The notes: a model not told the origin generated them from the sequence alone. DNA of 32,000 nt from Patescibacteria group bacterium (GCA_041662745.1 JBAZRV010000004.1:60001-92000), one strand, 5' to 3'. Shown: positions 1 to 7,884, counted from the first letter of the stretch. Program-made: numbers and translations.

Positions 1-1552
1 CCACGGCAAATTCCGGCTTGCCCATTATGTCTTTGGCCCAATCACTGGTCTGCCCGCCTTTTTTCTCTATGGCTTTAATGAAATCATCTTTGGTTTTTAG
101 TCCGGTGCCCAGTTCAATGGTTTTCTGTTTGATTCGGCCCTCGGGGAATTCAGTGTAAATATGTTCCAGGTTTGAGGGCAATAGTTTGAAGATGTTGAGG
201 AATAATTCGCCGACATAGACCTTAATGTCTTTTTCTTGTTTAAGCGCTTGCTCTAATTCCTGTTTGTTGTGGATAATCTGGCTCGGTTTGCAGTCAAAAA
301 TTACGAGCATGTCGGCATTCTTGTCCCGTTGACCCCGCAGTTCTTTGATGCGCGGATCTTTCTGGTAGCCAAAGCCCTCAATCGGCGAATTTATTTCGTA
401 AAGGAAGATGAGATCTTCTTTGTCTAATGACTTACCTTGCCGGATTTTCTTATCCAGAGCGGTTAAGCGGCTCATGTCCTGCGATTTCTTCTCGTAGCTC
501 TCATGTCCGGGCAGAGTTCTGGCTTTATCTTGGGCGATATCCACTAAAGCCGGTTCAAGATTTTGTTCCGCATTAATACCCCCAATTTCAGCTATTTGAT
601 CATTCTGCATTCTGATGGCGATGCGGGGAATCTTAGGTTGGCCTTGATCATTATTGCTGTAATACACATAAAAATCGCCTTCTTTTAATTGCGCCTGGGC
701 CGTGCTTTCTCCGGCCGTGCACCAGCCCGTGCCGTGGCCTTGGAGTGACTGGCATAGTTTTTGGTAGTCGTCGCCTTGATCGTATTTGACCCATTGGCCC
801 TGGATATTTTCCTTTTGCTCTTGGCTGGCGGGGGTAACTTTTTCAATGGCATAGGCGTAAAGCTTGGCGAAATTGGCGCCTTCCAGTATTTTGCCCAGTT
901 CTGCATTGATTGGCGAAGACGCGTTATCCACACCATGCCGTTTATTGACAATATCCAAAACCAAAGCCAAGGCCTCGCGGTTAAGATCGGGAAAAACGCC
1001 CCGAGTGAATTGGCTGCGTTTTTTGAATTCGTGCTTCTGCTTATCAAATTCAGCCAGGCCAGTCACGGAACGAAGGGCAAAATACTTGAGCCAAGTCGGA
1101 TACATGGCATCTTCCGACGACAGGTAATCAAACCAGTTGCTTAAGCCGGCCTCCTGGTCTTTGACCGCGGATTCCAAAATCTGCTCCTGCATTTCCCGGG
1201 TTACTTCAATATCGCCATGGCCTTGTTCGCGGGCGACGCGCTTGTCCAAATCAAAAAAATTACCCGGTAAATCGTCAATGGTTTTATGGCGCAAGGGAAT
1301 GGCCGAATCTAGGATTTTATTCTTAAGGTAATCCAACCTGAATTCCCTAAGATTTTGGCCCTTGAGATATTCCTCTTCCGGCGTAGAAAAAATTTCCTCC
1401 AAACGATCCAGGTAAGTGCCAAGTCGGCCTTCCGGAGTATTAGCGACTTTTTCGCCGACACGGATTTTTTTGCGCGCTGAAGCAGACGCCACTTCTGGAG
1501 TTTTTTGCAGATCTTCAAATTTATTATGGAGAAAACGTTCTGGGGAGGGCAT
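1..1552 (-). CDS. Hypothetical protein, partial (3' end beyond the window edge; at least 517 aa)
   Basis: Absent from the ORF track because it has no in-window stop. Manual translation of the minus strand from the ATG (complement of 1550-1552) gives an open frame down to position 2: MPSPERFLHNKFEDLQKTPEV...QGHGTGWCTAGESTAQAQLKEGDFYVYYS...PRIAIRMQNDQIAEIGG... Track ORFs 685-1047(-) and 761-1144(+) are off-frame shadows. The start lies 6 nt after the glyQS stop. I do not recognise the family with confidence. Confidence 0.7.
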   Translation of the reverse strand, partial: MPSPERFLHNKFEDLQKTPEVASASARKKIRVGEKVANTPEGRLGTYLDRLEEIFSTPEEEYLKGQNLREFRLDYLKNKILDSAIPLRHKTIDDLPGNFFDLDKRVAREQGHGDIEVTREMQEQILESAVKDQEAGLSNWFDYLSSEDAMYPTWLKYFALRSVTGLAEFDKQKHEFKKRSQFTRGVFPDLNREALALVLDIVNKRHGVDNASSPINAELGKILEGANFAKLYAYAIEKVTPASQEQKENIQGQWVKYDQGDDYQKLCQSLQGHGTGWCTAGESTAQAQLKEGDFYVYYSNNDQGQPKIPRIAIRMQNDQIAEIGGINAEQNLEPALVDIAQDKARTLPGHESYEKKSQDMSRLTALDKKIRQGKSLDKEDLIFLYEINSPIEGFGYQKDPRIKELRGQRDKNADMLVIFDCKPSQIIHNKQELEQALKQEKDIKVYVGELFLNIFKLLPSNLEHIYTEFPEGRIKQKTIELGTGLKTKDDFIKAIEKKGGQTSDWAKDIMGKPEFAV

Positions 1553-1558
1553 ACGGAT

Positions 1559-2938
1559 TTAACTAATTTTCTCTTTAACCCACTCCTTCAACTCCTCTAC
1601 TTTAATAAGTTCTTGCTTCATGGTGTCGCGGTTACGGACAGTAACAGTACCTTTTTCCAAAGTGTCAAAATCAACCGTAATGCAGTAAGGCGTGCCGATT
1701 TCATCCTGCCGGCGATAGCGTTTGCCCACATTGCCGTTATCGTCAAACTCGCATTTGAATTCGCTTTTCAGGCTAGCAAAAATCTCCCGCGCCTTGGCCA
1801 CCAATTCCGACTTATTCTTAAGCAAGGGAAAAATCGCCACCTTAACCGGCGCGATCCTGGCCGGAAACTTCAACACCACGCGGACATCATCGCCTTCAAG
1901 TTTTTCTTCGGTATAAGCGGCAGAGAGAGCTACGAGCACTGAGCGATCCAAACCGAAAGTCGGTTCCAAAACATGAGGCAAATATTTCCGGCCGGCCTGC
2001 TGATCAAAATATTCCAAATTAGTGCCGGAAAATTTCTGATGCTGACTCAAGTCAAAATCACCGCGATGCGCCAGCCCGAACAACTCGGCGAAACCAAAAG
2101 GAAAGTTATATTCAATGTCCACGGTTTTGCGGGAGTAATGCGACAATTTCTCTTTGGGATGCTCGTAATGCTTCAAATCCTCTTTTTTGGCTCCCAGCTC
2201 AAGAGCAAATTCCTCCTGAGCCTTCAGCCACCCCTTGAACAACGGTTCCCATCTCTCTTCGGGAGAAATAAAATATTCTATTTCCATCTGCTCAAATTCG
2301 CGCACGCGAAAGATAAAATTACGCGCCACAATCTCATTGCGAAAGGCCTTGCCTATTTGGCCGATGCCAAACGGCACCTTCACTCGGCAAGAATCAACCA
2401 CATTCTTAAAGTCGGAAAAGATTGCGCCGGCCGTTTCCGGACGCAAGTAAACCGGCTCATCAATGCCGTTCATTTCCGTCTTAAACATCATATTGAAAAA
2501 TCGGGCTTCGGTCCAATCTTTCTTGCCGCAATTGGGACAGTTGATCTTTTCTTGGATGACCTTGGTCATTTCCTCCAGCTTGCCCTCTAAATCCTCCCCC
2601 AGGACTTCGCTGATTAAATTATCGGCCCGATAACGCATCTGGCAATTCTTGCAATCAACCATAGCGTCGTTAAAACCGCTCAAATGGCCGGACGCCTCCC
2701 AAAGCTTGGGGTGCAGCAGGATGGGCCCGTCAATACCCACCATATCCTCGCGTTCGGTAATAAATATTTTCCACCACAAAGCCTTAATGTTATTCTTAAG
2801 TTCCACGCCGTATGGCCCATAGGAGTAAGCGTTGGAAAAACCGCCGTAAATTTCGCACGCCGGAAAAATAAATCCCTTGCGCTTGCATAAAGACACGATT
2901 TTCTCCATTTTGTCGTTCTGTTGCTGTTTATTAGCCAT
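1559..2938 (-). CDS. glyQS: Glycine--tRNA ligase (homodimeric class II GlyQS type)
   Basis: 459-aa ORF with an ATG start. Sequence is typical of GlyRS (FIFPACEIYGG...YGPYGVELKNNI, RPETAGAIF, FRNEI, C-terminal anticodon-binding domain ...GKRYRRQDEIGTPYCITVD). Confidence 0.93.
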   Translation of the reverse strand: MANKQQQNDKMEKIVSLCKRKGFIFPACEIYGGFSNAYSYGPYGVELKNNIKALWWKIFITEREDMVGIDGPILLHPKLWEASGHLSGFNDAMVDCKNCQMRYRADNLISEVLGEDLEGKLEEMTKVIQEKINCPNCGKKDWTEARFFNMMFKTEMNGIDEPVYLRPETAGAIFSDFKNVVDSCRVKVPFGIGQIGKAFRNEIVARNFIFRVREFEQMEIEYFISPEERWEPLFKGWLKAQEEFALELGAKKEDLKHYEHPKEKLSHYSRKTVDIEYNFPFGFAELFGLAHRGDFDLSQHQKFSGTNLEYFDQQAGRKYLPHVLEPTFGLDRSVLVALSAAYTEEKLEGDDVRVVLKFPARIAPVKVAIFPLLKNKSELVAKAREIFASLKSEFKCEFDDNGNVGKRYRRQDEIGTPYCITVDFDTLEKGTVTVRNRDTMKQELIKVEELKEWVKEKIS

Positions 2939-3038
2939 AAAAAAATTATTTCGTAACTTACCCTGTTAAATCGGGTAAAACCAAAGCGCTAATCGCGCCC
3001 CTTAACCTGGTAAATCTTAACTAAAATCGCCGGTTTAG

Positions 3039-3644
3039 TCAAAAACCGGCTCGATCAGTTCCCCCGGCCACCCGGCCTCGCCGTTTCATAAGGTTATACT
3101 TGATCAACCACTCTATTTTGCGGGTTATAATTTCATCATCAATCTTCGCCAAGATTGTCTGGCCTACCAAATCCACCGGTGCCTGATAAACCGCTTGAGC
3201 GGCCGGAATAAAAGTATAATTCAAAAAATACTTGGAACAATAAACCAACAAATAAGAGTTGCGCGGCATAAAACTGATGATTAATCCGACTCCTACCGCC
3301 GCCGTTACCGTCGCCAAAGCCGCCTCGCCGGCCAAGTGCCGCCAAAAAAAACTTTTCTTGCTAACCGGCTTCACGCGCCTGGTCTGCACCCAAACCGAGG
3401 GACGCGTTGGCAGATGATTCTCCAATTCTTTGTCCAGATGCTGATGAAGGCCGGACAAAAACTCGGCCAAACGCTTGGGTTCGGCATACCATTCTTCACC
3501 GACTTTAAAAGCTTTGAGTTTGCCTTTTACCGCCAAATTCACCAAATACTGCCGGCGAACATTAAACTTTTTAGCGGCCTCCGACAGAGCCACTAATTCG
3601 GTCTGCAATGAATCAGTTAACTGTTGTTTTAATTCTTCAGTCAT
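3039..3644 (-). CDS. Membrane-anchored protein with N-terminal helix-turn-helix (excisionase/MerR-like) domain
   Basis: Track ORF 3039-3716 trimmed to the internal ATG at 3644 (MTEELKQQL...). The upstream part of the ORF overlaps the terminator of the preceding gene and a TGcTATAAT promoter. HTH-like segment LSEAAKKFNVRRQYLVNLAVKGKLKAFKVGEEWY. One hydrophobic helix, ALATVTAAVGVGLIISFM. Confidence 0.6.
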   Translation of the reverse strand: MTEELKQQLTDSLQTELVALSEAAKKFNVRRQYLVNLAVKGKLKAFKVGEEWYAEPKRLAEFLSGLHQHLDKELENHLPTRPSVWVQTRRVKPVSKKSFFWRHLAGEAALATVTAAVGVGLIISFMPRNSYLLVYCSKYFLNYTFIPAAQAVYQAPVDLVGQTILAKIDDEIITRKIEWLIKYNLMKRRGRVAGGTDRAGF

Positions 3645-3650
3645 GGCTGT

Positions 3651-3680
3651 ATTATAGCATAAACAATCCGACGCTGACAA
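3651..3680 (-). promoter_or_regulatory. Extended -10 promoter placing the TSS on the ATG of the 3039-3644 gene (leaderless)
   Basis: The minus strand reads TTGTCA (3680-3675), 18-nt spacer, TGcTATAAT (3659-3651). Only 6 nt separate the -10 from the ATG at 3644. Confidence 0.55.
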
Positions 3681-3710
3681 AACAAAAAGCCGCCCGGCAA
3701 GGGACGGCTT
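3675..3710 (-). terminator. Intrinsic terminator after the 3722-4264 gene
   Basis: Stem AAGCCG (3687-3692) / CGGCTT (3705-3710) is followed on the minus strand by TTTTTGTTTTGT. Confidence 0.7.
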
Positions 3711-3721
3711 AAACACAAAAA

Positions 3722-4264
3722 TTATTTGGTTGCTGTTTTTTGATCGCTGATGTATTTGCTGATAGCCTGAACCACGCGCGAATCCTTCTTCAGTTTTTCT
3801 GTTAAGAGAATCATGTCGCGGTTGATAACCATGCGATCGGAGGGCCCGTGGATTTCATTGCCTAATTTTATCAGGGTTAACTCCTGTTGCGATTGATCGC
3901 TGGCAGCGGTGGCGCTCTGTTGGGTTTGTTGCAACGGCTTGGTAACAACCTGCAGATAATAAATATCGGTCAGGGTCAAAGTCTTTCTGCCGACGGCGGT
4001 AACTTTGCCGAAGTAAACTTGACCGTTGCCTAAGAAGACCGCTTGCCAATCGGCTGACGAGACATGAGCAATGGGATCGCCGCCTAAAAGCGAACCGCCC
4101 CAACGCATAACCGCCCCGACCGCCAGAACCGCGATAATCAAAACAATGAGAATGCTGATGATTGATTTCCAAACGCCTCTTTTTCTGCGTCCGGCCATCG
4201 GCATTTCTGAGGGCAGACCCGCCTCAGGCATATCATCCATAGAACGAAATTTTGCGTAAGCCAT
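3722..4264 (-). CDS. Hypothetical single-pass membrane protein
   Basis: 180-aa ORF with an ATG start. SD-like GAGGAG lies 8 nt upstream. N-terminal TM helix WKSIISILIVLIIAVLAVGAVM is followed by a soluble domain. No family recognised. Confidence 0.6.
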   Translation of the reverse strand: MAYAKFRSMDDMPEAGLPSEMPMAGRRKRGVWKSIISILIVLIIAVLAVGAVMRWGGSLLGGDPIAHVSSADWQAVFLGNGQVYFGKVTAVGRKTLTLTDIYYLQVVTKPLQQTQQSATAASDQSQQELTLIKLGNEIHGPSDRMVINRDMILLTEKLKKDSRVVQAISKYISDQKTATK

Positions 4265-4331
4265 GTTATTTTCTCCTCAATGCGGCAAAATGGAGCCGCT
4301 TTAATTATTTATTATTTGATTAACTATAATC

Positions 4332-4359
4332 AGTATAGCAAAAATCTTAGCTCAATCAA
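4332..4359 (-). promoter_or_regulatory. Sigma70-type promoter for the 3722-4264 gene
   Basis: The minus strand reads TTGATT (4359-4354), 16-nt spacer, TATACT (4337-4332). Confidence 0.5.
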
Positions 4360-4373
4360 ACTTAAACCGAATG

Positions 4374-5411
4374 TTATTTGATTCTCCGATGCTCCAGGTA
4401 ATCACCCAAGCCCACGCCGATCGCCGTGGCTACCGGTACGGATAGTATGATACCCATTAATCCGCTTAATTTGAAGCCGATCATCATGACGATGATAGTA
4501 ATGACCGGATTAAGTCCGATCGCCTTGCGCATGATTTGCGGAGTAATAAAATAATTTTCTGCCTGCTGGACAATGATAAATAAAATCAAAACCGCTAATC
4601 CTAGCCAAGGCGACTGGGTAAAACCGATAAACACCGCCGGGACGCCGGCCATGAAGGGGCCGAGGTAAGGAATGATTTCGGTTAGGCCGGCGATAAGCGC
4701 CAACACCCAGGCATACTTTACCCCCAAAACCAATAATCCGACTAAAGACATGATAAAAATAATCAAACACAACAGAAGCTGGCCGCGCAACCATAAGCCG
4801 ATCTTCTCCTGCATGCGATCAATGAGATGATCAAAATAATCGCGGTGCTTGGCGGGCAAAAGATTTCGAGCCACTGTTTTCATTTGCCGATCATAAACCG
4901 CCAGATAGAAAGTCATGACCAGTATCACCAATAAGGAAAAAATTCCGCCAATAAAAGAAACAAGTCCGCCGACTAAGTTTGTCGCCAACGAGGTCAAGCC
5001 GGCCTGCATGGCCGATAAAGCGTCTTCAATATTCTGCTTCAAGCCGTGGCTTTGAGAAAATGACTCTACATTACTCCAGCCGGAAGAAATATTCTGCCAA
5101 TAAGTCGGAAAATCATCGGATAAATTTTTGATTTCCGAACTGATGGGATTAACCAACAACAAGAAGGCCATAAACACTGCCCATAATCCGATCAAATAAA
5201 TTATCAGGATCCCCAAAGAGCGCGGGACTTTATTTTTGGCAAACCAATCAACCCAGGGCTTGATGGCGGAAGCCAAGATTAAAGAAACGAAAACCATTAA
5301 TAGAATATCGCGGATATAAAATAGCAAAAGCAATGCCAAACAGACGACCGCTATTTTTAATAATGTGGACAGTTTAAAATCAATGCTGATTTTTTTGTTG
5401 CTGACTGGCAT
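4374..5411 (-). CDS. AI-2E family transporter (PerM/YhhT-like permease)
   Basis: Polytopic membrane protein whose C-terminal region is typical of the AI-2E family (...LTEIIPYLGPFMAGVPAVFIGF...ENYFITPQIM...NPVITIIVMMIG...). The start is assigned to ATG 5411 (MPVSNKK...). The track start at 5468 would overlap the smpB promoter region. Confidence 0.8.
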   Translation of the reverse strand: MPVSNKKISIDFKLSTLLKIAVVCLALLLLFYIRDILLMVFVSLILASAIKPWVDWFAKNKVPRSLGILIIYLIGLWAVFMAFLLLVNPISSEIKNLSDDFPTYWQNISSGWSNVESFSQSHGLKQNIEDALSAMQAGLTSLATNLVGGLVSFIGGIFSLLVILVMTFYLAVYDRQMKTVARNLLPAKHRDYFDHLIDRMQEKIGLWLRGQLLLCLIIFIMSLVGLLVLGVKYAWVLALIAGLTEIIPYLGPFMAGVPAVFIGFTQSPWLGLAVLILFIIVQQAENYFITPQIMRKAIGLNPVITIIVMMIGFKLSGLMGIILSVPVATAIGVGLGDYLEHRRIK

Positions 5412-5485
5412 GGGCGGGGTTGTAATATCCCTTGAATATATTATACTATGAAAGTACCAAGAGTGCAAAATTAATTATTTTAAAT

Positions 5486-5935
5486 ATGTCGGTGATCATC
5501 AAAAATAAAGAAGGATTGTTCGGCTATGAGATTATTGACACTTGGCGGGCCGGGGTTGTTTTATCCGGACCGGAAGTCAAGGCGGTAAAGTTAGGGCAAA
5601 TCAGCTTAAGGGGCAGTTTTGTTCAAATTGACAATAAAAACGAAGTTTGGTTGGTCAACTGCCATATTAGCCCTTACAAGCCGGCCAAAGGGCACCAAAC
5701 CGGCTATAATCCCGATAAAAGACGGAAACTTCTCTTAAATAAGAAGGAAATTGCCTCAATTATAGGCAAAAAAGCCCAAAAGGGGTTGACAATTATCCCC
5801 ATTTCAGTATATACTTATAAAAGATTAATCAAGGTGGAAATCGGACTGGCCCGCAGCCGAACCAAGTTGGACAAGCGAGAAGTCATCAAGAAACGCGAGC
5901 AAGAACGGGAAATTAGCAGAACGTTAAAAAAATAA
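5486..5935 (+). CDS. smpB: SsrA-binding protein SmpB
   Basis: Track ORF 5432-5935 trimmed to ATG 5486 (MSVIIKNKEG...). SmpB hallmarks are present: GYEIIDTWRAGVVLSGPEVKAVK, NCHISPY, RRKLLLNKKEI. The tmRNA gene follows immediately. Confidence 0.92.
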   Translation: MSVIIKNKEGLFGYEIIDTWRAGVVLSGPEVKAVKLGQISLRGSFVQIDNKNEVWLVNCHISPYKPAKGHQTGYNPDKRRKLLLNKKEIASIIGKKAQKGLTIIPISVYTYKRLIKVEIGLARSRTKLDKREVIKKREQEREISRTLKK

Positions 5936-5965
5936 ACTAAGTCAAAAGACTTTAGATTTAATTTT

Positions 5966-6349
5966 GGGGATGTTTTGCTTTGATAGAGATAATGTTTTCC
6001 TATTAGCAAACCGAGCATGACGGCAAACTCGTTAATCCGCCGTCACAGGCAAAATGCCAAAAACATCTTAGCTAAGGTCCAATCTGCTTTTAGCAGCCTG
6101 GCTTTGGCTCCTGTTCTCGCTTAATATCGAGAACCATCGCCGCGCCCATTCCCGGTAAGCGCCAAGCGGTGTTATATTATCGGGATCGCCAATGGCGTCG
6201 CCAGAGCGCTTTTGGTCAAACTTTTCTGGACCGCTTAAGAATTTTTTGCCGCTTTTTCAGTTCTTAAGTCAAAATTTAAAACGGCTAAGTTTGTATCACT
6301 TTAGGGGATAATTTATTTCTAGACAGGGGCTCATTACCCCTCATCTCCA
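5966..6349 (+). ncRNA. ssrA: tmRNA (transfer-messenger RNA), one-piece
   Basis: 5' GGGGATG (5966-5972) pairs with CATCTCC (6342-6348), giving a 7-bp acceptor stem with the G3:U70 alanine identity pair and discriminator A6349. T-arm AGGGG/CCCCT is at 6324-6341. A candidate tag frame runs from GCC 6056 to the TAA at 6122-6124 and encodes AKNILAKVQSAFSSLALAPVLA. The position directly after smpB fits. CCA is not encoded. Confidence 0.85.
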
Positions 6350-6356
6350 CATACAC

Positions 6357-6435
6357 AGCATATGGCTTATGGCATATGGCTTATGACAGTTTCTTCTGCT
6401 ATTTGCTATATGCTATATGCTATGTGCTATAAGCT
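6357..6435 (+). repeat. Long imperfect hairpin built from heptamer repeats, between ssrA and infC
   Basis: The 5' arm is (GCWTATG)x4 (AGCATATGGCTTATGGCATATGGCTTAT, 6357-6384). The 3' arm is (GCTATNT)x5 (6397-6435). Hand pairing of A6357-T6435 through G6389:T6403 gives about 29 pairs, of which about 7 are G:U, with 4 mismatches. G:U pairs only work in the plus-sense RNA. The hairpin ends 9 nt before the infC ATG. Confidence 0.7.
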
Positions 6436-6444
6436 AACAATACC

Positions 6445-7014
6445 ATGCGTAAATCATTCAGAGGACACCATCAAAAACCGGAAGGCCCCAAAGAATTCCG
6501 CATCAACGAAAAAATCTTTTCTCCGGAACTGATGATCATTGATGAAAACGGAGCCAATCTCGGAGCCATGAGCCGCGACCGAGCGCTTAGCGAAGCGCGC
6601 GAACGCGAACTTGATTTGGTTGAAGTTTCACCCAAAGCCAATCCGCCCATAGCAAAATTCATGGACTATGGCAGTTTCAAGTATCAACGGGAAAAACAAG
6701 AACGAAAGGCTAAGGCCAAACAAAAAACCACCGAAACCAAAACGGTCAAGATTTCACCGCGCATCGGCCAGCACGATCTGGAAGTCAGAGCGTCACAAGC
6801 CGCCGGGTTCCTAACCGCCGGCGACAAAGTCAAGATAGAACTGCAGCTTCGCGGCCGGGAAAACCAGCATACCGACTTAGCCAAAGAGAATATCCGCGAA
6901 CTGATTGAAGCCATCAAAATAAAACTGATTGGGGAAAAGGAAGATCGGCCGATCAAAATTGAATCCGATATCACCAAGCAGGGCGGACGATTATCCATGA
7001 CGATTACCTTGTAA
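6445..7014 (+). CDS. infC: Translation initiation factor IF-3
   Basis: 189-aa ORF with an ATG start. Contains RINEKIFSPELMIIDENGANLG, ELDLVEVSP...PPIAKFMDYGSFKYQ and C-domain KVKIELQLRGRE. Conserved infC-rpmI-rplT order. Confidence 0.93.
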   Translation: MRKSFRGHHQKPEGPKEFRINEKIFSPELMIIDENGANLGAMSRDRALSEARERELDLVEVSPKANPPIAKFMDYGSFKYQREKQERKAKAKQKTTETKTVKISPRIGQHDLEVRASQAAGFLTAGDKVKIELQLRGRENQHTDLAKENIRELIEAIKIKLIGEKEDRPIKIESDITKQGGRLSMTITL

Positions 7015-7075
7015 GGAATAACCAATAATCAAGCTACAATAATCAAATAATAAAAATTCAATTGGATATTTTTTT

Positions 7076-7103
7076 GGAAATTGAAAATTGGAAATTGAAA
7101 ATT
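7076..7103 (+). repeat. Exact tandem duplication GGAAATTGAAAATT x2 (two 7-nt half-units each)
   Basis: Unit 1 is 7076-7089 and unit 2 is 7090-7103, and they are identical. The repeat ends 8 nt before the rpmI ATG. No SD is present. Confidence 0.9.
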
Positions 7104-7111
7104 ATTTTTAT

Positions 7112-7312
7112 ATGCCTAAAATCAAGAGCAAGCAATCTATCGCTAAAAGATTTAAGATCACCAAAAAGAAAAAGGTCATTAAGCGCTCTACCGGCCAGGA
7201 TCATTTCAATGCCAGAGAAACCGGCAAGGCCAAGCGCGCCAAAAGATCAGACATCTCCCTAAAAGACAAACAGACAGCGGCGAACATCCGCCGACTTTTG
7301 CCGTATAATTAA
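7112..7312 (+). CDS. rpmI: 50S ribosomal protein L35
   Basis: Track ORF 7088-7312 trimmed to ATG 7112 (MPKIKSKQSIAKRFKITKKKKV...), a typical L35 N-terminus. Located between infC and rplT. Confidence 0.9.
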   Translation: MPKIKSKQSIAKRFKITKKKKVIKRSTGQDHFNARETGKAKRAKRSDISLKDKQTAANIRRLLPYN

Positions 7313-7331
7313 TTAATAACTAACAGTCCGC

Positions 7332-7407
7332 AAAGCCAAAGGCCTGAAAAGTCCAAAGTTTAAAAATATTATTTTCAACTTTCAACCTTACAGGCTTTAG
7401 AGGCTTT
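7332..7407 (+). repeat. Imperfect long hairpin in the rpmI-rplT spacer
   Basis: The 5' arm AAAGCCAAAGGCCTGAAAAGTCCAAAGTT (7332-7360) pairs with AACTTTCAACCTTACAGGCTTTAGAGGCTTT (7377-7407). I count about 24 pairs by hand, with internal loops and a 16-nt AT loop. TTTCAACTTT occurs twice in the 3' arm region. Confidence 0.6.
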
Positions 7408-7424
7408 CAACTTTATATTACCAT

Positions 7425-7769
7425 ATGCCTAGAGTAAAACGCGGCGTCATGCATGCCAAAAGACGAAAAAACCTATTAAAAACCACCAAGGGTTTTGAAC
7501 GTGGCCGCAAAAAATTAATCAAACTGGCCAAAACCGCCTCCCTTAAAGCCGGAGCTAACGCTTTGCGCGACAGACGCGCCAAGAAACGCACGACTCGCGC
7601 CCTCTGGCAAATCCAACTTAACGCGGCTGTCCGGGAACACGGCTTGTCTTATTCCAAATTCATCGCCGGCCTCAAGAAAGCCAAGATTGACCTGGATCGC
7701 AAGGTGCTGGCTCAACTGGCCCAGAAAAAACCTAAGATTTTTGCCAAGATTGTAGAAAAAGTTAAATAA
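7425..7769 (+). CDS. rplT: 50S ribosomal protein L20
   Basis: 114-aa ORF starting MPRVKRGVMHAKRRKNLLKTTKGF..., canonical L20. Confidence 0.95.
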   Translation: MPRVKRGVMHAKRRKNLLKTTKGFERGRKKLIKLAKTASLKAGANALRDRRAKKRTTRALWQIQLNAAVREHGLSYSKFIAGLKKAKIDLDRKVLAQLAQKKPKIFAKIVEKVK

Positions 7770-7778
7770 AAAAATAAG

Positions 7779-7810
7779 TCGCTCCGATATTGTATCGGGG
7801 CGATTTTTTT
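7779..7810 (+). terminator. Intrinsic terminator after rplT
   Basis: Stem TCGCTCCGAT (7779-7788) / ATCGGGGCGA (7794-7803) of 10 bp with one G:U, a 5-nt loop, then a T7 run (7804-7810). Confidence 0.85.
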
Positions 7811-7884
7811 ATTTTACTGTTTTTGGACTAAACTAAGCCGAATAATATAAAATTATTATCTAATTTTAGACAAAAATATCCATC

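Noticed and set aside
685-1144. Track ORFs 685-1047(-) and 761-1144(+)
   Set aside because: A third frame on the minus strand is open across the whole 1-1552 interval and gives a protein-like sequence. The two listed ORFs are off-frame or antisense shadows of it.
2939-3038. T-box or other riboswitch leader upstream of glyQS
   Set aside because: Only about 100 nt are available, and part of that is a terminator-like stem for the upstream gene (GCCGGTTT/AAACCGGC, 3029-3049). I found no T-box sequence, specifier-loop architecture or terminator/antiterminator pair.
5432-5485. N-terminal extensions suggested by the ORF track (smpB 5432, permease 5468, 3716, rpmI 7088, 11957, 26821, ruvA TTG 27354, 28896, 31980)
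   Set aside because: The extensions overlap neighbouring genes, promoters or terminators and add non-conserved residues. Internal ATGs give canonical N-termini (for example MIAYLKG for RuvA and MPKIKSK for L35).
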